The position numbers were made by a program, and so were the translations under genes. Shown here piece by piece: positions 50,183-59,913 of a stretch of DNA of 64,000 nt. How positions within the stretch are numbered: the first letter of the stretch is position 1; each line of letters starts with the position of its first letter. The stretch is from Cytophagaceae bacterium (GTDB taxonomy: Bacteria > Bacteroidota > Bacteroidia > Cytophagales > Flexibacteraceae): the NCBI GenBank assembly GCA_027485575.1, contig JAIXQU010000104.1:19984-83983 (forward strand), read 5' to 3'. A model generated the notes under the pieces. That model ran no database searches. It was given only the letters and a program-made list of their open reading frames with translations, and was not told the origin of the DNA.

Positions 50183-51496
50183 TTGAAAAGGACCTACGTT
50201 GAAACCGTAGATTATCTTTTTTCCCTTCTTCCGGTGTTTCAAAGAGATGGTGCTGCCGCATATAAACCCGGTCTTGAAACAACACTCCGATTATGTGAAG
50301 CTGTAGGCAATCCACAAAATAGCTTTAAATCTATTCATATTGGCGGAACAAATGGGAAAGGAAGTTCCAGCCATACTCTTGCATCTATTCTACAGGAAGA
50401 AGGTTATAAAACAGGGCTTTATACCTCCCCGCACCTTGTAGATTTCAGGGAAAGAATCCGGATAAATGGAGTGAAAATTCCAGAAGAAACCATTGTTGAA
50501 CTTGTTGAGTCCTGGTCTTCACTTATAACTGATTTAAAACCATCATTCTTTGAACTAACCGTTGCCCTTGCATTCTGGTATTTTTCAAAAGAAAAAGTTG
50601 ACATAGCTGTTATCGAAGTGGGTATGGGGGGCAGACTGGATAGCACCAACGTAATTACACCCGTAGCTTCCCTGATAACCAATATTGGTCTGGACCATCA
50701 GGCATTTTTAGGAGATACAATTGAGAAAATTGCAACAGAAAAAGCGGGTATCATTAAGCCAAAAATTCCGGTAATTGTTAGTGAGCGCAGGAATGATTCT
50801 GATTTTGTCTTTTTACAAAAGTCAAATCTTGAGAAATCCGGGATTGAATTCGCTTCAGATAAAGTCACAACCGAAGACTTAGAACTTAAAAATGGCTTTA
50901 GACACATAATTGCTAAACTCGAAAATGGTGAATCATTCAATCTTTCGATGTCATTGGCAGGCATTTACCAATTAAAAAATATAAAAGGCATCCTTTGGAC
51001 TTGCAAAGTGCTGAATGAAAATGGATTTCAAATCGGCAAAAAATCGATTGAGGAAGGCATATCTAAGGTTCAGGAAAATACATCTTTAATGGGTCGTTGG
51101 CAGACTTTGATGCATAATCCTACGATTGTATGTGATACAGGGCATAATGAGGATGGAATTAAGGAGATTGTAAGCCAGCTATCAACCTGCTTTTTTCAAA
51201 ATTTATGGTTAATTTGGGGAATGGTTAGCGACAAAGACCACGGAAAAATTCTTAATTTATTGCCCAAAACAGCGAAAATAATTGCGACTCAGCCCCATAT
51301 CAACAGGGCCCTGCCAGTAGAAAAAATGACGGAGTTATTTATCAACCATGGCTTTTTAACTTTTCAAAAAAATAATGTTTCCGAAGCCATTGATTTTGCC
51401 CTGAAGAACGCTTCTACAAATGATCTAATCTTAATTGGAGGAAGCACATTTACTGTTGCAGAGATCCCATTTGAAAAATTTAATATCTCCTTTTAA
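50183..51496 (+). CDS. folC: Folylpolyglutamate synthase / dihydrofolate synthase
   Basis: P-loop IHIGGTNGKGSSSH, YTSPHLVDFRERI and VIEVGMGGRLDSTN. Confidence 0.85.
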   Translation: MKRTYVETVDYLFSLLPVFQRDGAAAYKPGLETTLRLCEAVGNPQNSFKSIHIGGTNGKGSSSHTLASILQEEGYKTGLYTSPHLVDFRERIRINGVKIPEETIVELVESWSSLITDLKPSFFELTVALAFWYFSKEKVDIAVIEVGMGGRLDSTNVITPVASLITNIGLDHQAFLGDTIEKIATEKAGIIKPKIPVIVSERRNDSDFVFLQKSNLEKSGIEFASDKVTTEDLELKNGFRHIIAKLENGESFNLSMSLAGIYQLKNIKGILWTCKVLNENGFQIGKKSIEEGISKVQENTSLMGRWQTLMHNPTIVCDTGHNEDGIKEIVSQLSTCFFQNLWLIWGMVSDKDHGKILNLLPKTAKIIATQPHINRALPVEKMTELFINHGFLTFQKNNVSEAIDFALKNASTNDLILIGGSTFTVAEIPFEKFNISF

Positions 51497-51541
51497 ACCT
51501 TTACCAGCGGTTGGCATCAAAAGCCAAGTTGAAAAAAACCA

Positions 51542-52096
51542 TTGGAAATAGACGATAAAGATATACTTGAAAAATTTAAACATGAAGAATCCAGGCAACT
51601 GGCATTCAACATGTTGATACGAAAGTATCAAAAAAGAGTATATTGGTTGGCCAGGAAAATGGTCATTGATCACGATGATGCCAACGATATTTCTCAGGAA
51701 GTTTTTGTCAAAGTCTGGTTTCATCTTGAAGATTTCAGACAAGATTCCGGATTGTTTACCTGGATATACAGAATAACGAGCAATGAATGTTTAAGAATCC
51801 TTAAGAAAAAAAGACAAAGATTTTTTTTACCCTTGGGTGATGTGGAAGGCGAATTATCAGGTAAAATTCAAGCCGGACACCAAATGAATGGAGATGAAAT
51901 ACAAAAAAAACTACAACTCGCGATTTTGAAATTACCGGAAAAGCAGCGATTGGTATTTAACATGAAGTATTTTGAAGAAATTACTTATGAAGAAATGTCA
52001 GTGATTTTAGAAACTTCAGTGGGTGCTTTAAAAGCATCTTATCACCACGCTGTACAAAAAATACAAACCGAATTAAAACTTGAAGAATTTATATGA
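51542..52096 (+). CDS. ECF-type RNA polymerase sigma-70 factor
   Basis: Region 2 (DDANDISQEVFVKVW, WIYRITSNECL) and region 4 (LPEKQRLVFNMKYFEEITYEEMSVILETSVGALKASYHHAVQKI). Confidence 0.85.
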   Translation: MEIDDKDILEKFKHEESRQLAFNMLIRKYQKRVYWLARKMVIDHDDANDISQEVFVKVWFHLEDFRQDSGLFTWIYRITSNECLRILKKKRQRFFLPLGDVEGELSGKIQAGHQMNGDEIQKKLQLAILKLPEKQRLVFNMKYFEEITYEEMSVILETSVGALKASYHHAVQKIQTELKLEEFI

Positions 52097-52638
52097 ACTT
52101 AAAAGACCAGGCTAACCAAAGAAAAGAAGAAGTTCCGGAAGAGTTTTTTCAATCCCAGTTTGACCAGATTCTTAATAAAACAGTTGCCATTTCAAATTGG
52201 GAACTACCAGGAACCAGGAAAGTTGAGGCCTGTTTCACCGTCCCTGAAGGCTACTGGCTACAAATGGAAAATGGAATAAGGGCAAAACTTAAAGCCAATT
52301 CAGAACCCGCTTTTGAAATATCAAGGCAATGGAAACTGGCTTCAGTTTTTGCGTCATTTCTAATAATCGGAGTTTCTATTGTTGTATTTTTAAAGATTAA
52401 CCCGGATAAAACCGAAAACTGGAATGCAAAAATAGAAAAGGCAAGCGATTCAGAAATAATGGCAGCAATTGACCTTGAAAAATCAGAAAATCAGGAACTT
52501 GCATTACAAATGGTTGCACTTAGTCTTAAGAAAAATGACATTCTGTTTCAACCCGAAAAACTAAAAAAGGAAGACATTGAAAAGTCAATTGATGACCTTA
52601 CTGAGAATGAAATTTATAACGAATTAGATATTAATTAG
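52093..52638 (+). CDS. Putative anti-sigma factor (single-pass membrane protein)
   Basis: It overlaps the sigma gene by 4 nt and has one central TM helix (LASVFASFLIIGVSIVVFL). The call rests on position only. Confidence 0.45.
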   Translation: MNLKDQANQRKEEVPEEFFQSQFDQILNKTVAISNWELPGTRKVEACFTVPEGYWLQMENGIRAKLKANSEPAFEISRQWKLASVFASFLIIGVSIVVFLKINPDKTENWNAKIEKASDSEIMAAIDLEKSENQELALQMVALSLKKNDILFQPEKLKKEDIEKSIDDLTENEIYNELDIN

Positions 52639-52639
52639 C

Positions 52640-53125
52640 ATGAGAATAAATATGAAACTACTTCCAATTTTACTTTCACTTTTTTTTCTGGGGTTTAATG
52701 CCAGTGGTCAAAGTGGAGAATCTGATGATAAATCCGGGCCGGGTGACCGAATTCAGTCAGCCAAAGTTGCTTTTATAACCAACAAGCTCAATCTCAATTC
52801 AAATCAGGCACAGCTATTCTGGCCCATTTTTAACGAGTTTGAAAGCTCCAAAAAGAAAATAAGGAAGCAACTTAGAAGGCTCAAATTTGAAAACGAATTT
52901 GGAGGCGGGACGGAAGAAGAACTTAAAACAGATATCAAAAAAATGTTTTCCTTGAGACAAGAAGAACTGGATCTGGAAAAAAGTTACTCTGAGAAATTTA
53001 TGAAAGTTATTTCTGCCAGGCAGTTGGCAGATTTCTACAAAGCCGAGAAAGAGTTTACAAAAATGCTTCTTAAAAAACTTAAGTCGAGAAAAGGGGACTT
53101 GAATTTAGATGGAAATGAGGATTAA
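52640..53125 (+). CDS. Periplasmic helical protein, Spy/CpxP-like (LTXXQ-type) candidate
   Basis: Signal peptide, helical K/E-rich sequence, and the segment KLNLNSNQAQLFWPIFNEFE, which resembles LTXXQ motifs. It is the third gene of the sigma module. Confidence 0.4.
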   Translation: MRINMKLLPILLSLFFLGFNASGQSGESDDKSGPGDRIQSAKVAFITNKLNLNSNQAQLFWPIFNEFESSKKKIRKQLRRLKFENEFGGGTEEELKTDIKKMFSLRQEELDLEKSYSEKFMKVISARQLADFYKAEKEFTKMLLKKLKSRKGDLNLDGNED

Positions 53126-53146
53126 TGACGGAGCAATGAGCAAAGT

Positions 53147-54250
53147 CTAAATTCTATATCCATTTTGAATCCAGCCTCCTCCTACTACATCGTCGCCTTC
53201 GTAGAAAACTGCTGCCTGTCCGGGCGCAATGGCTGAAACCCATTCATGAAATTTAACATGAACTTCATTTCCAATTTGGGTTATCTGCGCCGGCGTTCCT
53301 TCATCTTTGTACCTTACTTTAGTTACAGTTTCTAAAGTTTTACCTTCAAAATTTTCATACTTCATCAAGCGCAATTGATTCACAGTCATTGCATTTTTCA
53401 TCAAATCGGTATCTTTTCCAAGAATAACCCGATTGTTTTCTTTGTCAATTCCCGTCACAAAAACAGGATATCCAAACGCAAGACCAAGGCCCTTTCTCTG
53501 ACCGATGGTGTAAAATGGATAGCCTTCATGGATTCCCAATACAGTTCCTGATTCATCAACAAATTCTCCACCAGCTACCTGTTCGGTTAAGCCGGGAACA
53601 CGTCTTTTCAAAAAACCCCGGTAATCATTGTCCGGAACAAAGCAGATTTCATAACTCTCAGATTTATTAACCAGGTCTACAAATCCTTTTTGGGCGGCCA
53701 TTTCATATATTTCCTTTTTGGTTAAATTGCTTAGTGGCAATACAGTCCGCGAAAGGCTTTCCTGGCTAACTCCCCACAACGCATAGGATTGGTCTTTGCC
53801 TTTATCAAGTCCTTTTGAAACAAAATACCTATTGTTCTCATGTTTCAGATTTGCATAATGACCAGTAGCAATAAAATCACAACCCAACATATCTGCCCGC
53901 CTTAAAAGTGCATCCCATTTTATATGGGTATTGCAAAGGACACAAGGATTTGGAGTTCGGCCATCGAGATACTCATTCGTAAAATGGTCAATGACATAAT
54001 CTCCAAACTCAGACCTGATATCCAGAATATAATGAGGAAAACCCAGATTGACAGCCACATTTCTTGCGTCATTTATGGAATCTAGGGAGCAACAACCCGT
54101 TTCCTTTTTCGAAGAACCGCTACTTGCATAATCCCATGTTTTCATGGTCATGCCAATCACTTCATATCCTTCCTCATGAAGGAGTACCGCTGCCAGTGAA
54201 CTGTCAATACCACCGCTCATTGCGACAAGAACTTTTCCTTTTTTGCTCAT
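53147..54250 (-). CDS. mnmA: tRNA 2-thiouridine(34) synthase
   Basis: PP-loop VLVAMSGGIDSS, NPCVLCN, ATGHYA and DQSY motifs. Confidence 0.92.
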   Translation of the reverse strand: MSKKGKVLVAMSGGIDSSLAAVLLHEEGYEVIGMTMKTWDYASSGSSKKETGCCSLDSINDARNVAVNLGFPHYILDIRSEFGDYVIDHFTNEYLDGRTPNPCVLCNTHIKWDALLRRADMLGCDFIATGHYANLKHENNRYFVSKGLDKGKDQSYALWGVSQESLSRTVLPLSNLTKKEIYEMAAQKGFVDLVNKSESYEICFVPDNDYRGFLKRRVPGLTEQVAGGEFVDESGTVLGIHEGYPFYTIGQRKGLGLAFGYPVFVTGIDKENNRVILGKDTDLMKNAMTVNQLRLMKYENFEGKTLETVTKVRYKDEGTPAQITQIGNEVHVKFHEWVSAIAPGQAAVFYEGDDVVGGGWIQNGYRI

Positions 54251-54481
54251 TTTGAGAAAATTACTTTTATATCCAGATATGGAAGTTCTAAGTTTAATTG
54301 TAAGTCGGAGTTGTATTTTGTAATTATTCTTCGACTGCTACTTAGCGCAGATTCAAAGTCTGCATCGGTTGCTTTTATTACTGACATATAGAAAAAAATA
54401 CTGTAAATCATGGCACTAAGACCATGCCAAAACTAAATTAAGAAGATTCTGATTTTTTTGATTCAAGAATAAAATCCAGAG

Positions 54482-55231
54482 CTACTTGTTATTACTCAAA
54501 ACTTCCATCAACTGAGCCTTAGGAACTTTTGGGTATAATTTCTCTGCATACTTTTTCTGAATATTCATTACAGAATCTTTATTGGCAGTAGAATTGGATA
54601 TAAAATTAAGTTCTGCCCTTATTTCTTCCTTATCCAGAAACTCGATTTCTGCCAACACTTCAGAATTCATGTTTCCTTTGGTGAAATGAAGATTATAAAA
54701 CCCCACCTTTCCGGGATAAATTACCAAATATTCTCCTTCTATCTTCAGGACATTATTGGGTGCCTCCATATACAGGTTAAACAGTTTAAAACTTGATAAG
54801 GGAGAATCAGGACTTCTTTTTAAATCATTGACAATGTGGAGCTTAATTGTATCCTTTAAAGACTGAAAACTGGAACTTGATTCTAATCCACGCACATTAA
54901 CCGAAACATTCTTTAATGCATTTCTTTCTCTTGCGGTTTCATTAACAAAGTCACTCACTTTCAGCAATCTTTTCAGTTGATTGGGACTTTTGGGTCTCAA
55001 ATAAATTTTATCAAAACCCACGTTTAACAAAATAGCGACATCACTAATGGTAGTGAACATCACTTTTTCATTATCCTCTATTTTTTGTCCATCCCTTAAT
55101 TTTTCTTTTCCACTTCTAAGGGGGGAACCTTTTACCAGAATAATTCTATAAAGGCCATTTTGGGTTTGGGCAAACAAAGGCAAGCTTCCTTCAAATAAAA
55201 ACAAACAAAAAAACACACCTATCAATTTCAT
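54482..55231 (-). CDS. Secreted protein of unknown function
   Basis: Signal peptide ending LFAQ. I recognise no family. Confidence 0.5.
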   Translation of the reverse strand: MKLIGVFFCLFLFEGSLPLFAQTQNGLYRIILVKGSPLRSGKEKLRDGQKIEDNEKVMFTTISDVAILLNVGFDKIYLRPKSPNQLKRLLKVSDFVNETARERNALKNVSVNVRGLESSSSFQSLKDTIKLHIVNDLKRSPDSPLSSFKLFNLYMEAPNNVLKIEGEYLVIYPGKVGFYNLHFTKGNMNSEVLAEIEFLDKEEIRAELNFISNSTANKDSVMNIQKKYAEKLYPKVPKAQLMEVLSNNK

Positions 55232-55235
55232 GATA

Positions 55236-55243
55236 CAAATCTA
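55236..55243 (-). promoter_or_regulatory. -7 promoter box TAGATTTG only 4 nt from the ATG
   Basis: The minus strand reads GATTTAGATTTGTATC-ATG. The box is part of a 16-nt core identical to 59902-59917. Confidence 0.4.
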
Positions 55244-55305
55244 AATCAAAAAACAGTCAAAAAGTTTAATGTAGAAAATTGATTATACCTCCAATAATTT
55301 TAAAG

Positions 55306-56796
55306 TCATTTTTCTTCTAAAAGATATTGAAAAGCAGGTCCGATTTTTTTGATAAGGTCAGAAATGGTAAAACCAATTTGACCAAGTTCTTTAGCGGCCA
55401 GGTCTCCAGCCAACCCATGAATATAAACTGAAAGAAGGCAAGCTTTGTCTATTGGGAATCCCTGGGCAAGAATACTTGTTAAAATCCCTGTAAGCACATC
55501 GCCACTTCCGCCCTTTGCCATTCCAGGATTTCCTGTTGAATTGAAATAGCAATGGCCATTGGGAAAACATATCGCAGTGTGGGCTGATTTCAAGATAACA
55601 TAAACCTTATTCTCTCTACTAAACTGTCTGGCCTTTTGTAGCATTTCCAGATTGGATTCCGATTTACCGACCAACCGTTCAAATTCCTTTGGGTGCGGAG
55701 TCAAAACAGAGTTTTCAGGAAGTATCTTCAACAACTCAATATTCTCAGACAATATATTCAAGGCATCTGCATCCAATACCAAAGGACAATGAACCTGAGT
55801 CATTAATTCTTTGAGAAGGTTTTGACTTTCCTGACCTTTTCCCAGTCCGGGACCAATACCAATACTCTTAAAATGAGATATTTGAGGCAAACCCTTTCCA
55901 TGATTGGCTATTGCCATTGCCTCAGGCACAGAAACCTGAATTATTTCCAGGCCACATTCCGGGACAAAAACAGTGACCAGACCTACACCAGACCGGATCA
56001 TTGCCGAGGCTGCTAAAACAGCTGCACCCATTTTGCCTTCAGAACCAGCAATCAGGAAAGCATGTCCATAAGTTCCTTTATGAGAAAATTTTGGCCTCGG
56101 GTTGATGGCAGTTTTTACATCTTTTGCTTCCAGGTAAAATATCGGGTCATTTTGGGGCTCAACTTCAGATAATTGGATGTCAATGATCTCAAAACCCGGA
56201 ACAAATTCCTGTGCTTCGGGAAAGAGAAAATTTAATTTTGGTGAATGGAAGGTCCCTACCCAGTCCGCCTTGAAAACAACTTCCGAAGTTTGATTGCCCT
56301 CTTGAAAACCGGAAGGAATATCAATGGCAATTTTCAATCCTCCAAAGAGATTCATCACTTTGATAATGGATTGGATTTCAGGTCCAAATCCCCGATTCAA
56401 CCCAATTCCAAAAAGTGCATCTCCCAGCCAATCAAATCCTGAAACCAGTTGAGCCAAGTCATTTTCCTCTCCTCGATAAATATCCACCGACTTTGGCAAA
56501 AGCTCCAGGTTCTCAAGAAAATCAGGTGAAAATGAGCTGAAAAGAGAAGGCAAAAAAACAGCAACTGAAGTTTTTTCAGAAAGAATCCTGGCGATGGCCA
56601 ATCCATCTCCTCCATTGTTTCCCGGACCACAAACAACCAGGCCCTTTCCTGGATAAGGAAACTTGCGAATAAACGTTTTTGCAAAACCATTCGCTGCCCT
56701 CTCCATAAGCTCCCATGAACTTATCCCCTGAACTCCAAGGGTTAATGCATCTGATTGTTTAATTTCATTGTTTGATAGTATTCTCATTGAAACCAA
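55306..56796 (-). CDS. nnr: Bifunctional NAD(P)H-hydrate repair enzyme (epimerase/dehydratase)
   Basis: YjeF_N part (CGPGNNGGDG) and the C-terminal kinase-like part (GGSGDVLTG), 496 aa. Confidence 0.85.
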   Translation of the reverse strand: MVSMRILSNNEIKQSDALTLGVQGISSWELMERAANGFAKTFIRKFPYPGKGLVVCGPGNNGGDGLAIARILSEKTSVAVFLPSLFSSFSPDFLENLELLPKSVDIYRGEENDLAQLVSGFDWLGDALFGIGLNRGFGPEIQSIIKVMNLFGGLKIAIDIPSGFQEGNQTSEVVFKADWVGTFHSPKLNFLFPEAQEFVPGFEIIDIQLSEVEPQNDPIFYLEAKDVKTAINPRPKFSHKGTYGHAFLIAGSEGKMGAAVLAASAMIRSGVGLVTVFVPECGLEIIQVSVPEAMAIANHGKGLPQISHFKSIGIGPGLGKGQESQNLLKELMTQVHCPLVLDADALNILSENIELLKILPENSVLTPHPKEFERLVGKSESNLEMLQKARQFSRENKVYVILKSAHTAICFPNGHCYFNSTGNPGMAKGGSGDVLTGILTSILAQGFPIDKACLLSVYIHGLAGDLAAKELGQIGFTISDLIKKIGPAFQYLLEEK

Positions 56797-56825
56797 TTAG
56801 AACAAGAAATAAACAAAAAATTTAA

Positions 56826-57809
56826 TCAATGCAATCTTTTATTCATTACAGAAAACCATAATGGAGGAATCAGGGCAATATAAAACATGCCATAGTATCC
56901 GAATGGCAGGAAATTACCCTTTTCAAGGGATTGAAGCTGGTGATATGGAACCGAAGCATCAATGTGATGGTGACTATGCCTGCTCAATTCAAACAGGGTA
57001 AATCTTGAAGTGGCAGAATCTGATTGCCAGGCATGTTGAACACCAACTCTTTCGCCAGTGTTTCGAACCAATCCATAGTGTTCTATATAATTTACATATT
57101 CTAATAAAACAATGGCTATAAGTGCCTGAATGCAAAAGGCGATTGCAGCTCCTTTCCCCAGAAACAAAAAAAGAAGACCTACTAATCCTATCTCAGCCAA
57201 AGAAATATTAAAAACAAAATTTCTGTAGGATAATCCCCTGACATGGACTCTTTTCAGTCGTTCCATTTCAATTTTCAGGCCACTAATCCATTGACCGGGA
57301 ATGGTTCGAAGCAAAAAAAAGTAAAAAGACTCCCCTTTTCTGGCCGTGGCTGGATCTTTTAATGTTCCAACAAATGCGTGGTGGCCCTTTCGGTGTTCAA
57401 CAAAAAAGTGGCCATACATGCAAAAAACCAAATTCAGAATTCCAACAAATTTTAAGAATATGCTTTTACGATGAATTAATTCGTGGGCTGATGTTATTCC
57501 GATAAGTCCGGAATTTAAACCTGTGGAAATGGAAGCCCAAATGATGTAATTGCCATCAAGAATTCCAGAAGAGACTCCATAAATCAGGGAAACTACTGAA
57601 AAGCAATGACATATAGAACCAAAAATCAAAGCATAATTTGGTATATCAGAGTTTTGGCCCGTTTGATCTGAATGGTCCGGCTTTGATAAAAAATCAACCA
57701 AAACCATAAATATTAAGGAGAAAAGCATGTTGGCAAACGCCCAATTCCCTCCAATAAGATTACCCAGAAGGACAAAAAATGTAGGAAGGATCGATTGAAA
57801 ATATCTCAC
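56826..57809 (-). CDS. AlkB-type integral-membrane alkane 1-monooxygenase / fatty-acid-desaturase-family hydroxylase
   Basis: His boxes HELIHR, EHRKGHH and SRHSHHH, plus the NYIEHYGL motif. GTG start. Confidence 0.8.
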   Translation of the reverse strand: MRYFQSILPTFFVLLGNLIGGNWAFANMLFSLIFMVLVDFLSKPDHSDQTGQNSDIPNYALIFGSICHCFSVVSLIYGVSSGILDGNYIIWASISTGLNSGLIGITSAHELIHRKSIFLKFVGILNLVFCMYGHFFVEHRKGHHAFVGTLKDPATARKGESFYFFLLRTIPGQWISGLKIEMERLKRVHVRGLSYRNFVFNISLAEIGLVGLLFLFLGKGAAIAFCIQALIAIVLLEYVNYIEHYGLVRNTGERVGVQHAWQSDSATSRFTLFELSRHSHHHIDASVPYHQLQSLEKGNFLPFGYYGMFYIALIPPLWFSVMNKRLH

Positions 57810-57860
57810 TTATTTTTGGTAATATAACTTAAGCGAAGAAAGTTAAAACTTGTTTAAACA

Positions 57861-57890
57861 AAAAATCGGACCAAAAGAATCCTTTGGCCC
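57861..57890 (-). terminator. Imperfect hairpin plus T-run after the metalloprotease gene
   Basis: The minus strand reads gggccaaagg att cttttggtcc followed by gatttttt, about 20 nt after the stop. Confidence 0.45.
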
Positions 57891-57912
57891 GGCTCAAAAA
57901 TAAAATGAATCC

Positions 57913-59883
57913 CTAAATTCCCGGCACAAAAATATATGTCCTCGTCCTGTTTGTTGTTGTACAACCAGAACCAGAGCATAAAACATCAACGCTATACCAG
58001 AAACTTCCCATACCCGGAGTAGATGCATTGGAAGGCTGAGGGTCCGCTACTCTTTCAATAAATCCTGCCGTTCTTTCGGCCGTAGTTGGCGAATAGGCTG
58101 CCATCCCGTTTCTTACACCACAGGCAATGGGAGTTGCTGTTCCGATTGGTGTAGTACTTTGATTTTGAAGATCATATCTACATACCTGCACATTATAGGT
58201 AGTACATGTTGGACTCAAATTAAATTTGAAACGCATTTTATTGTTTGCATCAAACCATGCCTGGAGGCCAGAGGCGGTACAATTGCCATTGGTTGGAGCT
58301 GGGGCTGGAACCGCCACTACCACAGCAATCTGACTGCTGGCAGAAACTGTTGTACCTGCCACTAACTGAGCTGAATAATTAAAAGTACCATTTGGTTTGT
58401 TTGAAATCGGAACTTGAATGCTGGCTGCATTTTGGTTGGATAAAACACCGGTTTGAATTACAGTAGTCCCCTCCAACAATGACCATGAAGTTGCATTATG
58501 ATTGGCAGGAATATTAACTGTGATTTTGTAATTTTTATCCAGATTAGTAGAACTATCCGCAACCAGAGTCGGAACGCCTAAACAACCACTTGAACCAATG
58601 CAAGTTGCATTTGACAAACCGGTACGAATTGTGTTTCCAGGCAATGAACCAAAACCACGATTTAAATTAACAGCACCATTGTTGTAACAATAACTCATAA
58701 TGGTACCATTCAGATTCATCTTTTTTGTTGAGCCACAAGTTCCTTCGCCTGCATAGCATGAATCAATTCTACCTGTAGTCCCATTTGGCAAAGTCCATCC
58801 ACACCAATGCGTGTGCCTGGAACCAAAATTGTGACCCACTTCATGGCTTACACAAAAAACTGACCATGAAAATGAAGGCATTGCATTGTATGAATAAAAT
58901 ATACTTGAATACCCATGTCTGGCGCCTGTGTTACAAAGTACTCCAACAAATGCCATGCCACCAAGACTTGCACTTCTAAAATCCAGTAGATGAATCAGAT
59001 CACCATTAATTCCGGAAACGGGTCTATTGGCATTAAATTTTGACAAAATCGTCGATGAATTGGTTTCTGCTGCATATGGGTCTGTTGTTGTCCAAACAAA
59101 AACTCCACTTATGTTTAAGATGATTTGCTCATTGAGATAAACCTGTTTTACGACGTTAAAAAGCCCGGTCACAAAATTTGTGGCTATGGAAACACTGTTT
59201 GAAGACTTTTGATATAGTTCAACATCGGCCTCAAAAAAGATTCTGACTGGCTTGCAAAGTGTACTATTGGAAGCGATTTTATTAATTCCTGTCTTCGGAT
59301 TCAACTCTTCAAAAGTTGGTTTTGAATCACTAGTGCCACAATTCCATCCAGGAAATTCCATTCTAGAGTCATCAGAAATAATGTAGTTACCGCGGCCCGG
59401 AACTTCCTCGCCTATGTTGTAGTTTCCTGCATCATGGGAAATCATGCCCATGATACCATCTTCTCTGAAACTTAATCCCCCAAGTCTGGTATTACTTTTG
59501 CTTACCAACTTATAATGTACACCCAGATACTCTTTTCCATAAAGCTTCCTGCCATCAGAGGTTGAAATATAAAAATCGTCAGTAGCTATATTATTCTTTT
59601 CAAAATCAAGCTTTTCTGACAATCCATTTGGCATTGGGAATTGAATGGAAAATTTGGCAGGCTCTGATTCCCAAATTTTAAATGCCAATTCTTTATTTAA
59701 AACAACATTTAAAGCCCCATCCTTTCTTTCCTTTTTTGATGGGATCAACAATTCCTTTTGCGAAAGTTCATTGGCCCCACTATTTTTAGAAGAAATTCGA
59801 TTTTCTTTTCTTTTTGATTCGGATTGCCCCCAGGCATTTCCCGATAAAATAACAATTGAAATAATTAAAAGTAGTTTTTGCAT
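57913..59883 (-). CDS. Secreted zinc metalloprotease, reprolysin/M12B-like
   Basis: Signal peptide ending NAWGQ and the zinc site HEVGHNFGSRHTH (HExxHxxGxxH). Additional beta-rich and Cys-rich C-terminal modules follow. Confidence 0.8.
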   Translation of the reverse strand: MQKLLLIISIVILSGNAWGQSESKRKENRISSKNSGANELSQKELLIPSKKERKDGALNVVLNKELAFKIWESEPAKFSIQFPMPNGLSEKLDFEKNNIATDDFYISTSDGRKLYGKEYLGVHYKLVSKSNTRLGGLSFREDGIMGMISHDAGNYNIGEEVPGRGNYIISDDSRMEFPGWNCGTSDSKPTFEELNPKTGINKIASNSTLCKPVRIFFEADVELYQKSSNSVSIATNFVTGLFNVVKQVYLNEQIILNISGVFVWTTTDPYAAETNSSTILSKFNANRPVSGINGDLIHLLDFRSASLGGMAFVGVLCNTGARHGYSSIFYSYNAMPSFSWSVFCVSHEVGHNFGSRHTHWCGWTLPNGTTGRIDSCYAGEGTCGSTKKMNLNGTIMSYCYNNGAVNLNRGFGSLPGNTIRTGLSNATCIGSSGCLGVPTLVADSSTNLDKNYKITVNIPANHNATSWSLLEGTTVIQTGVLSNQNAASIQVPISNKPNGTFNYSAQLVAGTTVSASSQIAVVVAVPAPAPTNGNCTASGLQAWFDANNKMRFKFNLSPTCTTYNVQVCRYDLQNQSTTPIGTATPIACGVRNGMAAYSPTTAERTAGFIERVADPQPSNASTPGMGSFWYSVDVLCSGSGCTTTNRTRTYIFVPGI

Positions 59884-59905
59884 GTTGTTGATTTAGATGT
59901 CGATA

Positions 59906-59913
59906 CAAATCTA
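59906..59913 (-). promoter_or_regulatory. -7 promoter box TAGATTTG for the metalloprotease gene
   Basis: The minus strand has TTTG, then 18 nt, then TAGATTTG, about 22 nt upstream of the ATG. The box is embedded in a 9-bp inverted repeat (59890-59898 with 59909-59917). Confidence 0.5.

Noticed and set aside
54251-54481. The 231-bp gap between mnmA and the upstream secreted-protein gene, examined for a small gene or RNA.
   Set aside because: It contains only weak 5-bp stems (gcaga..tctgc, tggca..tgcca) and no ORF with a plausible start. It is most simply the mnmA promoter region plus the end of the upstream transcript.
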